A stretch of DNA of 64,000 bases from an uncultured Actinomycetota bacterium (GTDB taxonomy: Bacteria; Actinomycetota; Actinomycetes; Propionibacteriales; Propionibacteriaceae), in NCBI GenBank assembly GCA_963711015.1, contig CAVQCQ010000027.1, positions 87,015 through 151,014 on the forward strand, written 5' to 3'. Positions 37,100 to 46,953 of the stretch are shown piece after piece. How positions within the stretch are numbered: the first letter of the stretch is position 1; every line of letters begins with the position of its first letter. A program made the translations under genes and the position numbers. The notes under the pieces were generated by a model that was given only the letters and a program-made list of their open reading frames with translations, had not been told where the DNA came from and searched no databases.

Positions 37100-37830
37100 C
37101 GGATCCTCTGCGCGCTAACTGCCGCTGGTCTAATGCCGGGCACGCGGTGTCGCCTCGGCCGGCGCTGCTGATGTTGACCATGTCCGGGATCCGGGTGAGC
37201 CGCCGATCGGCCGCCGGCGAGGTTTCGCACCGACCGGCCGGTCGCAAATGCCTGGTCAGCTCACGTTCAGCTCACCGCGACCCTGCACATACAGCGACCG
37301 GTAGACGTCTCGTGGGACACTCTCATCTCCGGATCGTCGGGAAAATCGGTCACCAGCGGTGACTAATCTGCTCGGACTGTGATTCTGCTTCAGCCGCGAC
37401 TTGATCTCGGCGTGCAGCGCGGATCGGTCGCAGTTTGGCGGTTTCGGCCGCGCTAACCGGGCCTGAACCGCTGCTGGGCGATCGAGGGCGAATAGTTCGG
37501 CGGATCGGCACGGCCCTGCAGCCGGCGCTGACCCAGCGGCACCGCACGCGGTCGGCGCGGGTCGCGGCGGTTCACGTCCAGCTCCCGGGGATCGCGACGT
37601 CGGGCGACCAGAAGGGCATTTTGCGCGCAGTCAGTCGAAGAGCGCGCGCCACCGGGCATCGAGGATCGGGGTCGACCTGGATCCCCGGGCGACGAATCTG
37701 ATGCGGGTGAGCGGCAACGAAGCGCAATGGTTCGGTCGGGCCGACGTCGACCCCGAACAGCTCCTACGGTGAAGGGTCCTGGCCGCAGGTGAGGCGGCAG
37801 TTCGAAGGGCATGGATCCAGCCTGATGTCA
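37100..37830 (-). mobile_element. IS30-family transposase relic (frameshifted, catalytic domain truncated)
   Basis: Minus-strand fragments in three frames: ETAKLRPIRAALHAEIKSRLKQN, SEQISHR, LVTDFPDDPEMRVSHET, YRSLYVQGRGEL, LTRHLRPAGR, RIPDMVNIS, then ..VPG. The sequence ends where the GHWEGDL / DDE region should begin. Confidence 0.7.
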
Positions 37831-37944
37831 TCAGATCCCCCGGAATCCCTTATCCACAGGCCCGTTACGGGGTGGGTTCTGCGCGCCAGATGCCCTCGAT
37901 CGTCGCCGAACAGGGCCACAAGTGCGCAGAAGTTCGCAATGACG

Positions 37945-39408
37945 TCAGCGAGCGACGGCCGGGTCCGCGCGCGTCTGCGGCGCGCGACTGGCGACATCAG
38001 GAGAGACCAGCGGAAGGGTCGACAGGCCGGCGATATCCCCATCTGGCCGGGTCAGTACGACGGTGCCGACCACCGAGGATCCATCCGGAACCCGGACCAC
38101 GACGTACGCCGGGGCCTGCTCGGTGAGCCGCCGAGTCGACGTGCTGTCCGGACCCAGCAGTACGTCGTCGGTGCGCAGGGTGACGCCCGCGTAGCTCAGC
38201 ACCTCGAACGACACCTGGGTGTCGGCCTCCCCGCTGTTGCTCAGAATCAGCTCGCTGTCCCCCGCCCGAGTCGTCGCCAGTGCAGTGACCCCGGTTCGGA
38301 TCAGTGGCCCGGTCGCGGACTGCACGGCCAGGTCGGGCTGGGCCGAATCGCGCTCGCTGGTCGAGATCACCGCTCCGGTCACGGGCTGGTCGCTGAGCAG
38401 CTTGACCGCGCCCGACTCGCCCGCCAGCCCGGTCACCAGGTCCAGGGTCGCGGTGCTCTCCGGTCCGAGCTCGAGGACCTCGGCGCCGCTCGGCGCGTAC
38501 GGGCCCTGCAGTCCCAGCACCTGGATCCCGACGGTGGCCCGTGCCTCGGTCGGGTTGGTGACCACCAGCTGCCGGCCGCCCGCCCCGGCCGGAACGCCCG
38601 GAATGACGACCGAGGTGGCCGGCGAACTGGCGGGAACCTGCCAGTCTGCGCCGATCGGTGTCCGGCCGTCGGAGCGGCTCCGCTTGGCGATCGCGGTCAC
38701 CCGGCCCTGGCTCGACTGCACAAGAAGGCCGAGCGGACCATCGGACCTGACCAGGCTGGTCAGCGAGACCGTACGCGTGGAGCGAGCCTCGACCACCAGC
38801 CCGGGGCTGCCCGGAACCACCACCCGGCCGTTGGGGCCGTAGAACCGCAGGTCCACCTGAGCCTGGGCGTCGTCGGCGTTGGTCAAGATCAACTCGGTCC
38901 GGTCGTCGTCGCTGGCGGCGACGCCGCTGAACCAGTGGCTGGTACCGGGCGCGAGGCACGGCGCCGCCATCAGCCCGGCGTCGACACCCGCGGTCGCGGT
39001 ACCGAGTGTCGCCGCGCTGCCGGCCGTGGCCATCACGCCCTCGCCGGCGACCACGACCGAGCCGTTCTGCGCGGTCAGCGCCTCGCCCTTGCCCTGCTCG
39101 GTGATCGTGACCTGGGGCTCGTCGGAACCCAGCGTGGTCACGGTGAGCTGGCCTTCCCGGCCGGGGGCCTGTCGAGTCGCGACCGTGGCGACCTCGGTGG
39201 TCGACGACTCGCCCTCGGCCGGCGGGGTGATCGTGCAGATCGAGGTCGTCCGGCCCACCAGCGGCACCCGCGACTGTTGGAAATCAGGCGCCTCGGCCCT
39301 GACGAAGGTGCCCCCGCCGCCGATCACCAGCAGTCCGGCCAGCACCGCGCCCAGCGCGACGGCCCGGCGGGTCCGCGGGCGCACGCCGCGGATGCTCAGA
39401 TCGCTCAT
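37945..39408 (-). CDS. DUF5719 family protein (secreted or membrane-anchored)
   Basis: From ATG 39408: MSDLSIRGVRPRTRRAVALGAVLAGLLVIGGGG, then a Thr/Val/Gly-rich beta-type sequence. ATGA overlap with the upstream glycosyltransferase, its usual partner. Confidence 0.65.
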   Translation of the reverse strand: MSDLSIRGVRPRTRRAVALGAVLAGLLVIGGGGTFVRAEAPDFQQSRVPLVGRTTSICTITPPAEGESSTTEVATVATRQAPGREGQLTVTTLGSDEPQVTITEQGKGEALTAQNGSVVVAGEGVMATAGSAATLGTATAGVDAGLMAAPCLAPGTSHWFSGVAASDDDRTELILTNADDAQAQVDLRFYGPNGRVVVPGSPGLVVEARSTRTVSLTSLVRSDGPLGLLVQSSQGRVTAIAKRSRSDGRTPIGADWQVPASSPATSVVIPGVPAGAGGRQLVVTNPTEARATVGIQVLGLQGPYAPSGAEVLELGPESTATLDLVTGLAGESGAVKLLSDQPVTGAVISTSERDSAQPDLAVQSATGPLIRTGVTALATTRAGDSELILSNSGEADTQVSFEVLSYAGVTLRTDDVLLGPDSTSTRRLTEQAPAYVVVRVPDGSSVVGTVVLTRPDGDIAGLSTLPLVSPDVASRAPQTRADPAVAR

Positions 39409-42400
39409 CAGGCCAGCTCCGCGAGGGTGGCCGCACGGCGCGCGGACTTGGTCGGGTCGCGGACCTCCGGCCGGCGCACGCCAGGGGCGGCCAGCACGGA
39501 GGCGACCAGCAGCACCAGGCCCTGACCGATCATCAGCCAGCCGACCGGTGAGCGCAGCGACCAGCTCAAGGGGCCGCCGCCCGCCGGGAGGGCGAAGCCC
39601 TCCTGCCAACCGGCGTTCACCGGCTCGAGAACCTGTCCGGCGATCTCGGCGTGCCACCGGGGATCACTCGGCTCACCGACCAGGAACACCCGGCCATCGG
39701 ATCCCGGCGGAACGGCGAACGGTGCCGGTCCGACGGGTATGGCGCTGCCCTGGTCGCTGATCACCGAGCGGGCGACCGCTGGTTCCAGCTGCCATACCGT
39801 CCCCAGCTCGTTCCCGCTCGCCGTCCCCAGCCCAGGGGTGTTGGTGATCCGGGACACCACGTCTTCTCCGCCTCCCGACACCCACAGGTAGCCGATGCCG
39901 AGCTCGCGCAGCTGCGGCTCGATGTCGGAGTCCGCCGTGCCCGCCACCAGCCGGATCACCAGGTCGTCGACCTGCTCCCGAGCCGCTGTCGAGCCGCCGT
40001 AGGCGAAACCACGGTCGGCATCGCCGAGCCGGACATGATCATCCGCCAGGACCGCGTACCGGGCCTCGCCGCCGGTCATGTCGATGGCGAGCAGCCGAGG
40101 CTTCTCGGGGGTGCGCATGCCGTTGAGCACGTAGGGCGGGATCGTGCTCAGCGTGGTCCGTTCGATCGGTCCACTCGCGCCGGCCAGCGCCCACCAGACG
40201 GCCCCGCCGACACTGATCAGCGCCACCACCAGGCTGACCAGCACGGTGGCGGGCTGCAGCCAGCTGAAGCTCCGCTCCTTCATCTGCCCGGACAGGCCGT
40301 CCACGCCGACCCCGCCTCCGACCAGCAGCGCCGCGAACGCGATCAGCAGGTAGCTGCCCACCCAGGGCCGGACCTCGGTGCCGACCGGCGGCACCTCCAC
40401 GACCAGCCGGGACAGTCCGACGGCCATGCCCAGCGCGACCAGCGCGCAGATCCAGGCCAGCACCACCGCGCGGCGGGCCGGCCGGCGCGCCAGCCCGACG
40501 ATCGCTACCAGCCAGAGCATCCCGAAGATCACCGCGCCGACCCACAGCGGCGGCAGCCCCGCACCCAGCCCCCGGCCGAGGAAGAGACCCCACACCAGTG
40601 GTGCCTCCGGCGTGCCGCCGAGCACAGCGTCGGGGCCGACGAAGAGCCGACCCGGCTGGGCGATCAGACTCGGCAGCCAGGGCAGCAGGACCAGCACGGG
40701 CACCCCGAGGGCGATGGCGATCCGCCCGACCTTCCGCGGCGTACGCCGCAGCGCGACCACACCGACCAGGCCGACCACCGTCGCAGGGATGATCAAGGAG
40801 GGCTCGAAGGCGACCAGTGCGGTCAGCACCACGGCCGCTCCCCAGCCACCGCGCCAGGCCTCCGGGATGTGCACCCGGCGCAGCACCAGGGCGCGGGCGG
40901 CCATCACCAGCAGCGGCAACCCGACGGCGAGTACGCACAGTCCGAGCCGGCCCTGGTTGGTGGCGCCGAGCAGCACCGGGAGGAGCGCGTAGGTCCCGGC
41001 GACCCAGAGCCGCAGCCGCCGGTCGTTGATCACCCGGCGGGTCACCGGGTACGCGGCGAGAAAGGCCAGCGGCACCACGCCGCAGATGGCCGAGGTGCTG
41101 AACCACTCTGGTTGGCCGGCGAACACCGTCGAGCCCAGCGCAACCAGCGCGATCCATGGTGGGCTGATCTGATCCGGGGCCCCGGGAATGGGCTGGATCG
41201 CCGCGCGCCACAGCTCGCCGAGACTCTCGTACGCCGGCAACAGGGCCGGACCGGCAAGTGAACCGAGCCCGATCAAACTGCGCGCCGCCACCAGGCTGAC
41301 CACCACCGCAAGCGCCACAGTGATCACCACCGGGCTGAGCAGGACGTTTCGCGACCGTTCTTCGGACACCGAGCTGAAATCGTCACCGGTCAGCTCGTCG
41401 AGCGATGCCGCATCGACGTCTCCGGCGACTGCACGGTAGCGCTCGTACGCGGCCCCGCTGAGCGACTCGGCGGCTACCCGCAGGCTGTTCCACCACGGCG
41501 GCCGAAGCATGCTCACCATGTCATCGGTGCCGGGAGCCGGATCGATGGCCGCCGTCCGATGACGAAGGTCCCGGATCTTGCGGGGCGACGTGAGGAAGGC
41601 ACCGAGAGCCAGGATCTCGTCCAAGGCCCGCCCGGGAACCTTGCCGAGCAGATAGCCGACGGCGTGCACCAGGCAGCTCCAGACCAGGCGCAACCAGACC
41701 AGGGGCAGCATCTTTCCGGGCGCGTGGCCGGCGACCACCACCATGCCGAGCTGACGATCGAGCTTGCCCGGCCGCCGACCGGTCAACCCTCTCGGTCGCA
41801 ACCCGGCCCGGCCCACCTGGCGGTGCGTGATCATGGCGCTGGGGGTCGTGACCACCCGGTAGCCGTTGAGGTGCGCACGCCAGCCGAACTCGACCCCGTC
41901 GCGGAAGATCGGGATTCCGGGATCGAGCCCGTCCAGGTCGGCCCAGACCTCGGTCCGGACCAGCATTCCGCACGTCGAGACGCCGAGCCGGGCCTGCGGC
42001 TGATCCCGTTGCCCCTGGTCGATCTCCCCGGGATCGAGCTCGAGCTCGCGGCGGCCCGTCCCGGAGATGCTGACGCCGATCTCACTGATGGCCTGGCCGG
42101 CCTGCCGCCGCCGCGGCAGCAGCAGCTTCGGCCCGGTGATATCGATCGTCGGGTCGGTGATCACATGCACGAGCAACCGGTAGAGCGCGTCCGGTGCCGG
42201 CGCGGCGTCGTCGTGCAACAGCCACAGCCAGTCGTCCTCACCGATCCGCGGCAGCGTCGTGGTGGTCGGGGCGTCCTCGTCGTAGCCCTGACCGCTGGTC
42301 GCCCGGCGGTCCTGGCGAAGCGCCGACTTGACGGCCTGACCGAAGCCGTAGGTTCGCTTGCCGGGATAGACCGCGTCAACGATCCCCTGATCCACGGCCT

Positions 42401-42761
42401 GCTCCAGCAGGTCACGGGTGGTGTCGGTGCTGTCGTTGTCGATCGCGATCAGTCGGTTCGGCCGGTGTTTCAGCCGAGCCAGCGCATCCAGGGTGACCGG
42501 TAGCCAGCGAGCGGCGTCGAACGCGACGAGCACCGCCGTGACGTGCAGCGAGGAGACATCGAGAAGCGGCTCGTCATCCTCCTCGCTGACCCACGCCCAG
42601 GGGTCTGCGCCGTCGAGCTCGTCCGCCTCGTCGGTGTGAAGCGAGGACAGGTAGCTGTCCCGGCGGGTACGCTCGCGCGCCGCGCCCGTGGGTGCCACAA
42701 CCATCCCCTCGTCACGTCCACCGGTGGGCAGATCCTCGACAACAACCCCTTCGACCGCCAC
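39408..42761 (-). CDS. large family-2 glycosyltransferase with polytopic membrane domain
   Basis: Intact 1117-aa ORF. GT2 region VTAVLVAFDAARWLPVTLDAL...AIDNDSTDTT...LLHDDAAP, followed by many TM helices. Confidence 0.8.
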   Translation of the reverse strand: MAVEGVVVEDLPTGGRDEGMVVAPTGAARERTRRDSYLSSLHTDEADELDGADPWAWVSEEDDEPLLDVSSLHVTAVLVAFDAARWLPVTLDALARLKHRPNRLIAIDNDSTDTTRDLLEQAVDQGIVDAVYPGKRTYGFGQAVKSALRQDRRATSGQGYDEDAPTTTTLPRIGEDDWLWLLHDDAAPAPDALYRLLVHVITDPTIDITGPKLLLPRRRQAGQAISEIGVSISGTGRRELELDPGEIDQGQRDQPQARLGVSTCGMLVRTEVWADLDGLDPGIPIFRDGVEFGWRAHLNGYRVVTTPSAMITHRQVGRAGLRPRGLTGRRPGKLDRQLGMVVVAGHAPGKMLPLVWLRLVWSCLVHAVGYLLGKVPGRALDEILALGAFLTSPRKIRDLRHRTAAIDPAPGTDDMVSMLRPPWWNSLRVAAESLSGAAYERYRAVAGDVDAASLDELTGDDFSSVSEERSRNVLLSPVVITVALAVVVSLVAARSLIGLGSLAGPALLPAYESLGELWRAAIQPIPGAPDQISPPWIALVALGSTVFAGQPEWFSTSAICGVVPLAFLAAYPVTRRVINDRRLRLWVAGTYALLPVLLGATNQGRLGLCVLAVGLPLLVMAARALVLRRVHIPEAWRGGWGAAVVLTALVAFEPSLIIPATVVGLVGVVALRRTPRKVGRIAIALGVPVLVLLPWLPSLIAQPGRLFVGPDAVLGGTPEAPLVWGLFLGRGLGAGLPPLWVGAVIFGMLWLVAIVGLARRPARRAVVLAWICALVALGMAVGLSRLVVEVPPVGTEVRPWVGSYLLIAFAALLVGGGVGVDGLSGQMKERSFSWLQPATVLVSLVVALISVGGAVWWALAGASGPIERTTLSTIPPYVLNGMRTPEKPRLLAIDMTGGEARYAVLADDHVRLGDADRGFAYGGSTAAREQVDDLVIRLVAGTADSDIEPQLRELGIGYLWVSGGGEDVVSRITNTPGLGTASGNELGTVWQLEPAVARSVISDQGSAIPVGPAPFAVPPGSDGRVFLVGEPSDPRWHAEIAGQVLEPVNAGWQEGFALPAGGGPLSWSLRSPVGWLMIGQGLVLLVASVLAAPGVRRPEVRDPTKSARRAATLAELA

Positions 42762-42769
42762 GGCAGGAA

Positions 42770-42792
42770 GGGCCGCCCGTTTCGGGCGGCCC
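42770..42792 (-). terminator. GC-rich hairpin between whiB and the glycosyltransferase start
   Basis: GGGCCGCCC-GTTTC-GGGCGGCCC, a 9-bp stem 9 nt upstream of GTG 42761. It could terminate or attenuate whiB read-through. The U-tract is weak. Confidence 0.35.
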
Positions 42793-42975
42793 CTACTTTA
42801 TGCCAACTTTCTTGGCCTGGCGGCTCGCGCCCGGCCGCGCGCTACAGCTACCGTCTTCCTCCCGCAGACGCGAACGGAGAAGCGTTGTTCGCGTCTTTGG
42901 TCGTCCAGACGGTACCCGCGCACGGCCTTCCCGACGCTCGCCGCCTTCCTGCCAATGCGGTGTCCGGGCTCCTAC

Positions 42976-43227
42976 TCAGACTGCGCGCTTCTTCAGCTTG
43001 CGGCGTTCGCGCTCGCTGAGGCCGCCCCAGATGCCGAACCTCTCGTCGTTGGCCAACGCGTACTCCAAGCATTCACTTCGAACTTCGCAGGACAGGCAGA
43101 CCTTTTTGGCCTCTCGGGTCGAGCCGCCCTTCTCGGGGAAGAACGCCTCCGGGTCGGTCTGCGCGCAGAGCGCACGCTCCTGCCAGCTCAGTGCACCCCC
43201 GTCGTCGAATTCCATCAGTTCGTACAT
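42976..43227 (-). CDS. whiB: WhiB family transcriptional regulator (WhiB2/WhiB type)
   Basis: From ATG 43227: MYELMEFDDGGALSWQERALCAQTDPEAFFPEKGGSTREAKKVCLSCEVRSECLEYALANDERFGIWGG. Four Cys plus the GIWGG turn. A/T-rich upstream region. Confidence 0.9.
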   Translation of the reverse strand: MYELMEFDDGGALSWQERALCAQTDPEAFFPEKGGSTREAKKVCLSCEVRSECLEYALANDERFGIWGGLSERERRKLKKRAV

Positions 43228-43389
43228 CCGGTTGTGCCTCCTCGACCCAGCCGCAATCACCGCACGGTCCGCCGTGGTCACGTCTTCGCGGGACGTGGAC
43301 GAACAACAATGATGAAATTACATGCCTGTCATAGATGAAAGTCAAGCGAAAACCTGATATTGAAGGGCCGGTCAGGAAATCAGTGGATG

Positions 43390-44106
43390 TTACAAGGGCC
43401 GGTCGAGTGACCGAGGCACCTCGCGGAGCCGTTGTTCCTGGTCAGCCCATTGATCACCAGGCGCCGCCGCTGGGCCTGGTACCGGACCCCACCAGGGGTG
43501 CCGGTCCGGGGTCGCGGGGGCTTCCGGCAGCGGGTTGGCCGGCGGCTGGGCGGGCACGCCGGCAGCGGCCTCCCCAGCGGTCCGCCAGGCGGCTCCGGTG
43601 GCCACGTCCGGTGCCCAGGTGGGTTGATGTTGGGGATCCGGCGACTCCGGCAGGGCCGCCGCGGACGACAGCTCCGGCTCGACGGACGGCGTACCTGAGG
43701 GTGCCGGCACGGGTCGGAGCAGCACGATCAGCAGGCTGAGCGCGAGCGCCGGCGGCACCAGGCCGACCAGGACGGCCAGGACGTCGGCGACGGTCGCGTA
43801 CCCCACGCGCAGCCAGGTGACCAGCGCGTAGGCCATCGCCCATCCCAGCGTGATGATCGCGAGCACGACGCCGAGGACGGCGATCAGCCCGGCATGCGGC
43901 GTCCGATCGACCAGAACGCAGCTCGCCGCCAGAGCGGCAGCGATGACCAGCAACAGGGCATGGGCGCCGGCGCCCGAGACCCGAGGAGCCGCCTCGACCA
44001 GCCGGACTCCCATCAGCAGGGCGGCCGCAGCCAGCCCGATGTTGACCGCCAGCGCCGCGAGCGTGACGAACGCGGCCGGCTCGCGCCACCGCGACACGCT
44101 TTCCAC
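43390..44106 (-). CDS. hypothetical membrane protein with Pro/Ala-rich tail
   Basis: 238 aa with about four hydrophobic helices and then a proline-rich C-terminus. Divergent from fbiA. Confidence 0.5.
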   Translation of the reverse strand: MESVSRWREPAAFVTLAALAVNIGLAAAALLMGVRLVEAAPRVSGAGAHALLLVIAAALAASCVLVDRTPHAGLIAVLGVVLAIITLGWAMAYALVTWLRVGYATVADVLAVLVGLVPPALALSLLIVLLRPVPAPSGTPSVEPELSSAAALPESPDPQHQPTWAPDVATGAAWRTAGEAAAGVPAQPPANPLPEAPATPDRHPWWGPVPGPAAAPGDQWADQEQRLREVPRSLDRPL

Positions 44107-44168
44107 CGACTCAGCCTACGACCGTGGCCGTCCGGACCGGACGGTCGGCAGATGGAACACTGGTCCGC

Positions 44169-45146
44169 GTGCAGATCGTGATCTTGGCCGGCGGCGTCGG
44201 TGGATCCCGGTTCATCGCGGGGGCGCTGCGGGCCTACCCCGAGGCGACGGTCACCGTGATCGGCAACACCGCCGACGACATCACCCTGCACGGGCTGCGG
44301 ATCTGTCCCGATCTGGACACGATCATGTACACCTTGGGTGGCGGTGGCGACGCGGCACGCGGCTGGGGCCGGCAGGACGAGAGCTGGCGGGTGCTGGAGG
44401 AGCTGGTCGCGTACGCGGCCGAGCCGACCTGGTTCGCGATGGGCGACCGCGACCTGGCCACCCACCTGGTGCGCACCCAGCTGCTGAATGCGGGCTACCC
44501 GCTGTCCGAGGTGACCGCGGCGCTCACCCAGCGCTGGCTGGTCGCTGAGCCGCGGGTGCGGTTGCTGCCGATGACCGACGACCGGGTGGAGACCCATATC
44601 ACGATCGCGGACGAGGCGGCTCCGGGCGGCCGTCGTGCGGTGCACTTCCAGGAGTACTGGGTGCGGTTACGCGCCCGGCCGCCCGCTCTGGCCGTGAACC
44701 TGGTCGGCATCGAGTCCACCCGCCCAGCGGCCGGGGTGACCGAAGCGCTCACGGCGGCCGATCTCGTCCTCCTGGCCCCGAGCAACCCGGTGGTCTCGAT
44801 CGGGCCGATCCTGGCCGTACCCGGGATCCGACAGGCGTTGCGCGCCGGCTCGGCCCCGGTGGTCGGGTTCGCCGGCATCCTGGGCGGTGCACCGGTGCTC
44901 GGCATGGCCCAGCACCTGCTCCCGGCCATCGGGGTGGAGGTGGATGCGGCCGCGGTCGGCGAGCACTACGGAGCACGGAGCCGCGACGGAGTCCTCGACG
45001 TCTGGGCCATGGACGCCGCCGACGCCGGCTCGGCTGACCGGGTACGCGCGGCCGGACTGCGGCCGGTGGTCACAGGGTTGATCATGAGTGACCCCGAGGC
45101 CACCGCGGACTTCATCGCGTACGCGGTCAAGTCGGGCACGGCATGA
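44169..45146 (+). CDS. fbiA: 2-phospho-L-lactate transferase (F420 biosynthesis)
   Basis: From GTG 44169: VQIVILAGGVGGSRFIAGAL...VIGNTADDITLHGLRICPDLDTIMYTLGGG, the CofD/FbiA signature. Confidence 0.9.
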   Translation: MQIVILAGGVGGSRFIAGALRAYPEATVTVIGNTADDITLHGLRICPDLDTIMYTLGGGGDAARGWGRQDESWRVLEELVAYAAEPTWFAMGDRDLATHLVRTQLLNAGYPLSEVTAALTQRWLVAEPRVRLLPMTDDRVETHITIADEAAPGGRRAVHFQEYWVRLRARPPALAVNLVGIESTRPAAGVTEALTAADLVLLAPSNPVVSIGPILAVPGIRQALRAGSAPVVGFAGILGGAPVLGMAQHLLPAIGVEVDAAAVGEHYGARSRDGVLDVWAMDAADAGSADRVRAAGLRPVVTGLIMSDPEATADFIAYAVKSGTA

Positions 45147-45189
45147 GAGGGGGCGGGAGCGCAGCGAGAACCAGCCCCGGCGGCGAGCT

Positions 45190-46092
45190 GTGATGATCGA
45201 AGTCTTCGCACCGGCGGGGATCGCCGAGATCGTGGCCGGTGACGATCTTGCGGCGATCGTGATCGACGCCGTCGCTGCCGATCCGCAGGGTCCGCTGCAG
45301 GACGGCGACATCGTGGTGATCACGTCCAAGATCGTCAGCAAGGCGGAGGGCCGGGCGGTCCCGGCCGCTGACCGGGAGACGATGATCGCCGCCGAGGCGG
45401 TCCGGACGGTGGCGCAGCGCGGCACGACGGCGATCGTGCGCACCCGGACCGGGCTCACCCTGGCGGCGGCGGGCGTCGACCGGTCCAACGTCGAACCCGC
45501 CTCGGTGCTGCTGCTTCCGGTCGACCCGGACGCCTCCGCGGCCCGGCTGCGGATGGCGCTGGAGGAGCACACCGGGCTTGGCCTCGGTGTGATCATCTCC
45601 GATACCGCCGGCCGGCCGTGGCGGATCGGGCAGACCGACCAGGCGATCGGCGTCGCCGGGGTTCGGGCGGTTCGCGACTACGCGGGGGTCACCGACGGTT
45701 ACGGCAACCCGCTGCGGGTGACCGTGATGGCCCTGGCTGACGAGCTGGCCGGCGCTGCCGACCTGGTGAAAGGCAAGCTCGACAGCCGCCCCGTCGCGGT
45801 GGTCCGCGGACTGGCCGGGTTGGTCGGCGATCCCGGCGGGACTGCGGCGGGGTTGGTCCGGCCCGCCGCCGAGGACCTGTTCCCGCTCGGCAGCCGGGAG
45901 GCGGTGCTCGCCGCGGCGCTCATCGCCCTGGGCCGGCCGGAGGCGTACGAGGACCTGGTCCGACTGGATGCAGCCGACCGGCCGGCCGCCGTGTTGCGGC
46001 TGGCGGGTCTCGAGGGTTCGGCGGCGGACCTGCTGGCGCGGATGCTGTCCGCCGACCTTTCGGACCCGGCCGTGCTTAGTGGACCGGGCTAG
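45190..46092 (+). CDS. fbiB: coenzyme F420-0:L-glutamate ligase, CofE-type domain only
   Basis: DGDIVVITSKIVSKAEGR, AAAGVDRSNV, ISDTAGRPWRIGQTDQAIGVAG, ADELAGAADLVKGKLDSRPVAVVRG. About 300 aa in total. I see no nitroreductase-like C-terminal domain. Confidence 0.85.
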   Translation: MMIEVFAPAGIAEIVAGDDLAAIVIDAVAADPQGPLQDGDIVVITSKIVSKAEGRAVPAADRETMIAAEAVRTVAQRGTTAIVRTRTGLTLAAAGVDRSNVEPASVLLLPVDPDASAARLRMALEEHTGLGLGVIISDTAGRPWRIGQTDQAIGVAGVRAVRDYAGVTDGYGNPLRVTVMALADELAGAADLVKGKLDSRPVAVVRGLAGLVGDPGGTAAGLVRPAAEDLFPLGSREAVLAAALIALGRPEAYEDLVRLDAADRPAAVLRLAGLEGSAADLLARMLSADLSDPAVLSGPG

Positions 46093-46138
46093 ACTCGGGC
46101 GCGCTTTCGCCACGTCCATGTCCTGAGGAGTCCACCCG

Positions 46139-46936
46139 GTGTCGCACGCCAAGCCCAACCCGCCCACGACCCGGAGCGCGGGGAAGAGCGCGAAGGGCGC
46201 CGGCGGCACCAAGATCGCACCGCCGATGAGCCGCCGGGACAAGCTGGCCTCGTTCGAGGCAGCGCGAAAAAAGGAAGCCCGCAAACGCACCATCCGGCTG
46301 CTGGTCATCTGCCTGGTGCTCGCCACGGCGCTGCTGGCGTACCCGGTCTATCTCTTCGTCGACGACTACCGCTCGCGTAACGCCGACCTGGCGTCCCTTG
46401 GCGTCGACGTGGCGGCGGCCGGCTGCGACCAGGTCGTGGAGGCCCCGGCATCGGGCAACCAGGACCACGTCGACGTCGGAACCAAGGTCGCCTACACCCA
46501 GTTCCCCCCCGACTTCGGCCAGCACTACCCCGAGCCGGCGGCCTTCGACCGGAAGTTCTACACCATGGCCGACCGACCGCCCGTCGAACAGCTCGTGCAC
46601 AACCTGGAGCATGGCTACACCATCGCCTGGTACCGCGATGGGGCACCGGACAGTGACGTCCGCGCGCTGGAGCGGATCGCCAAGACGTTCTCCGGCGAGG
46701 ACTACAACCCGGAGGACAAGTTCATTGCCGCGCCGTGGGCTGAAAGCGACGGCGGACCGTTCCCGGACGCCAAGAACGTGGTGCTCACCCGCTGGACCGC
46801 CGACCCGAACGACCCGTCTGACACCACCAAGCAGTTCGGTGCGCGCCAAGCCTGTGTCTCGGTCAGTGGCCAGTCCGTCAAGGACTTCATGGTCAAGTAC
46901 CCGTTCGCCAACTCCCCCGAACCCAACGGCGCCTGA
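46139..46936 (+). CDS. DUF3105 domain-containing protein
   Basis: 265 aa with a basic N-terminus, one TM helix, then HVDVGTKVAYTQFPPDFGQHY...VHNLEHGYTIAWYR, the DUF3105 pattern. Confidence 0.75.
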   Translation: MSHAKPNPPTTRSAGKSAKGAGGTKIAPPMSRRDKLASFEAARKKEARKRTIRLLVICLVLATALLAYPVYLFVDDYRSRNADLASLGVDVAAAGCDQVVEAPASGNQDHVDVGTKVAYTQFPPDFGQHYPEPAAFDRKFYTMADRPPVEQLVHNLEHGYTIAWYRDGAPDSDVRALERIAKTFSGEDYNPEDKFIAAPWAESDGGPFPDAKNVVLTRWTADPNDPSDTTKQFGARQACVSVSGQSVKDFMVKYPFANSPEPNGA

Positions 46937-46953
46937 CTCCGCTGGCCCTTGTC

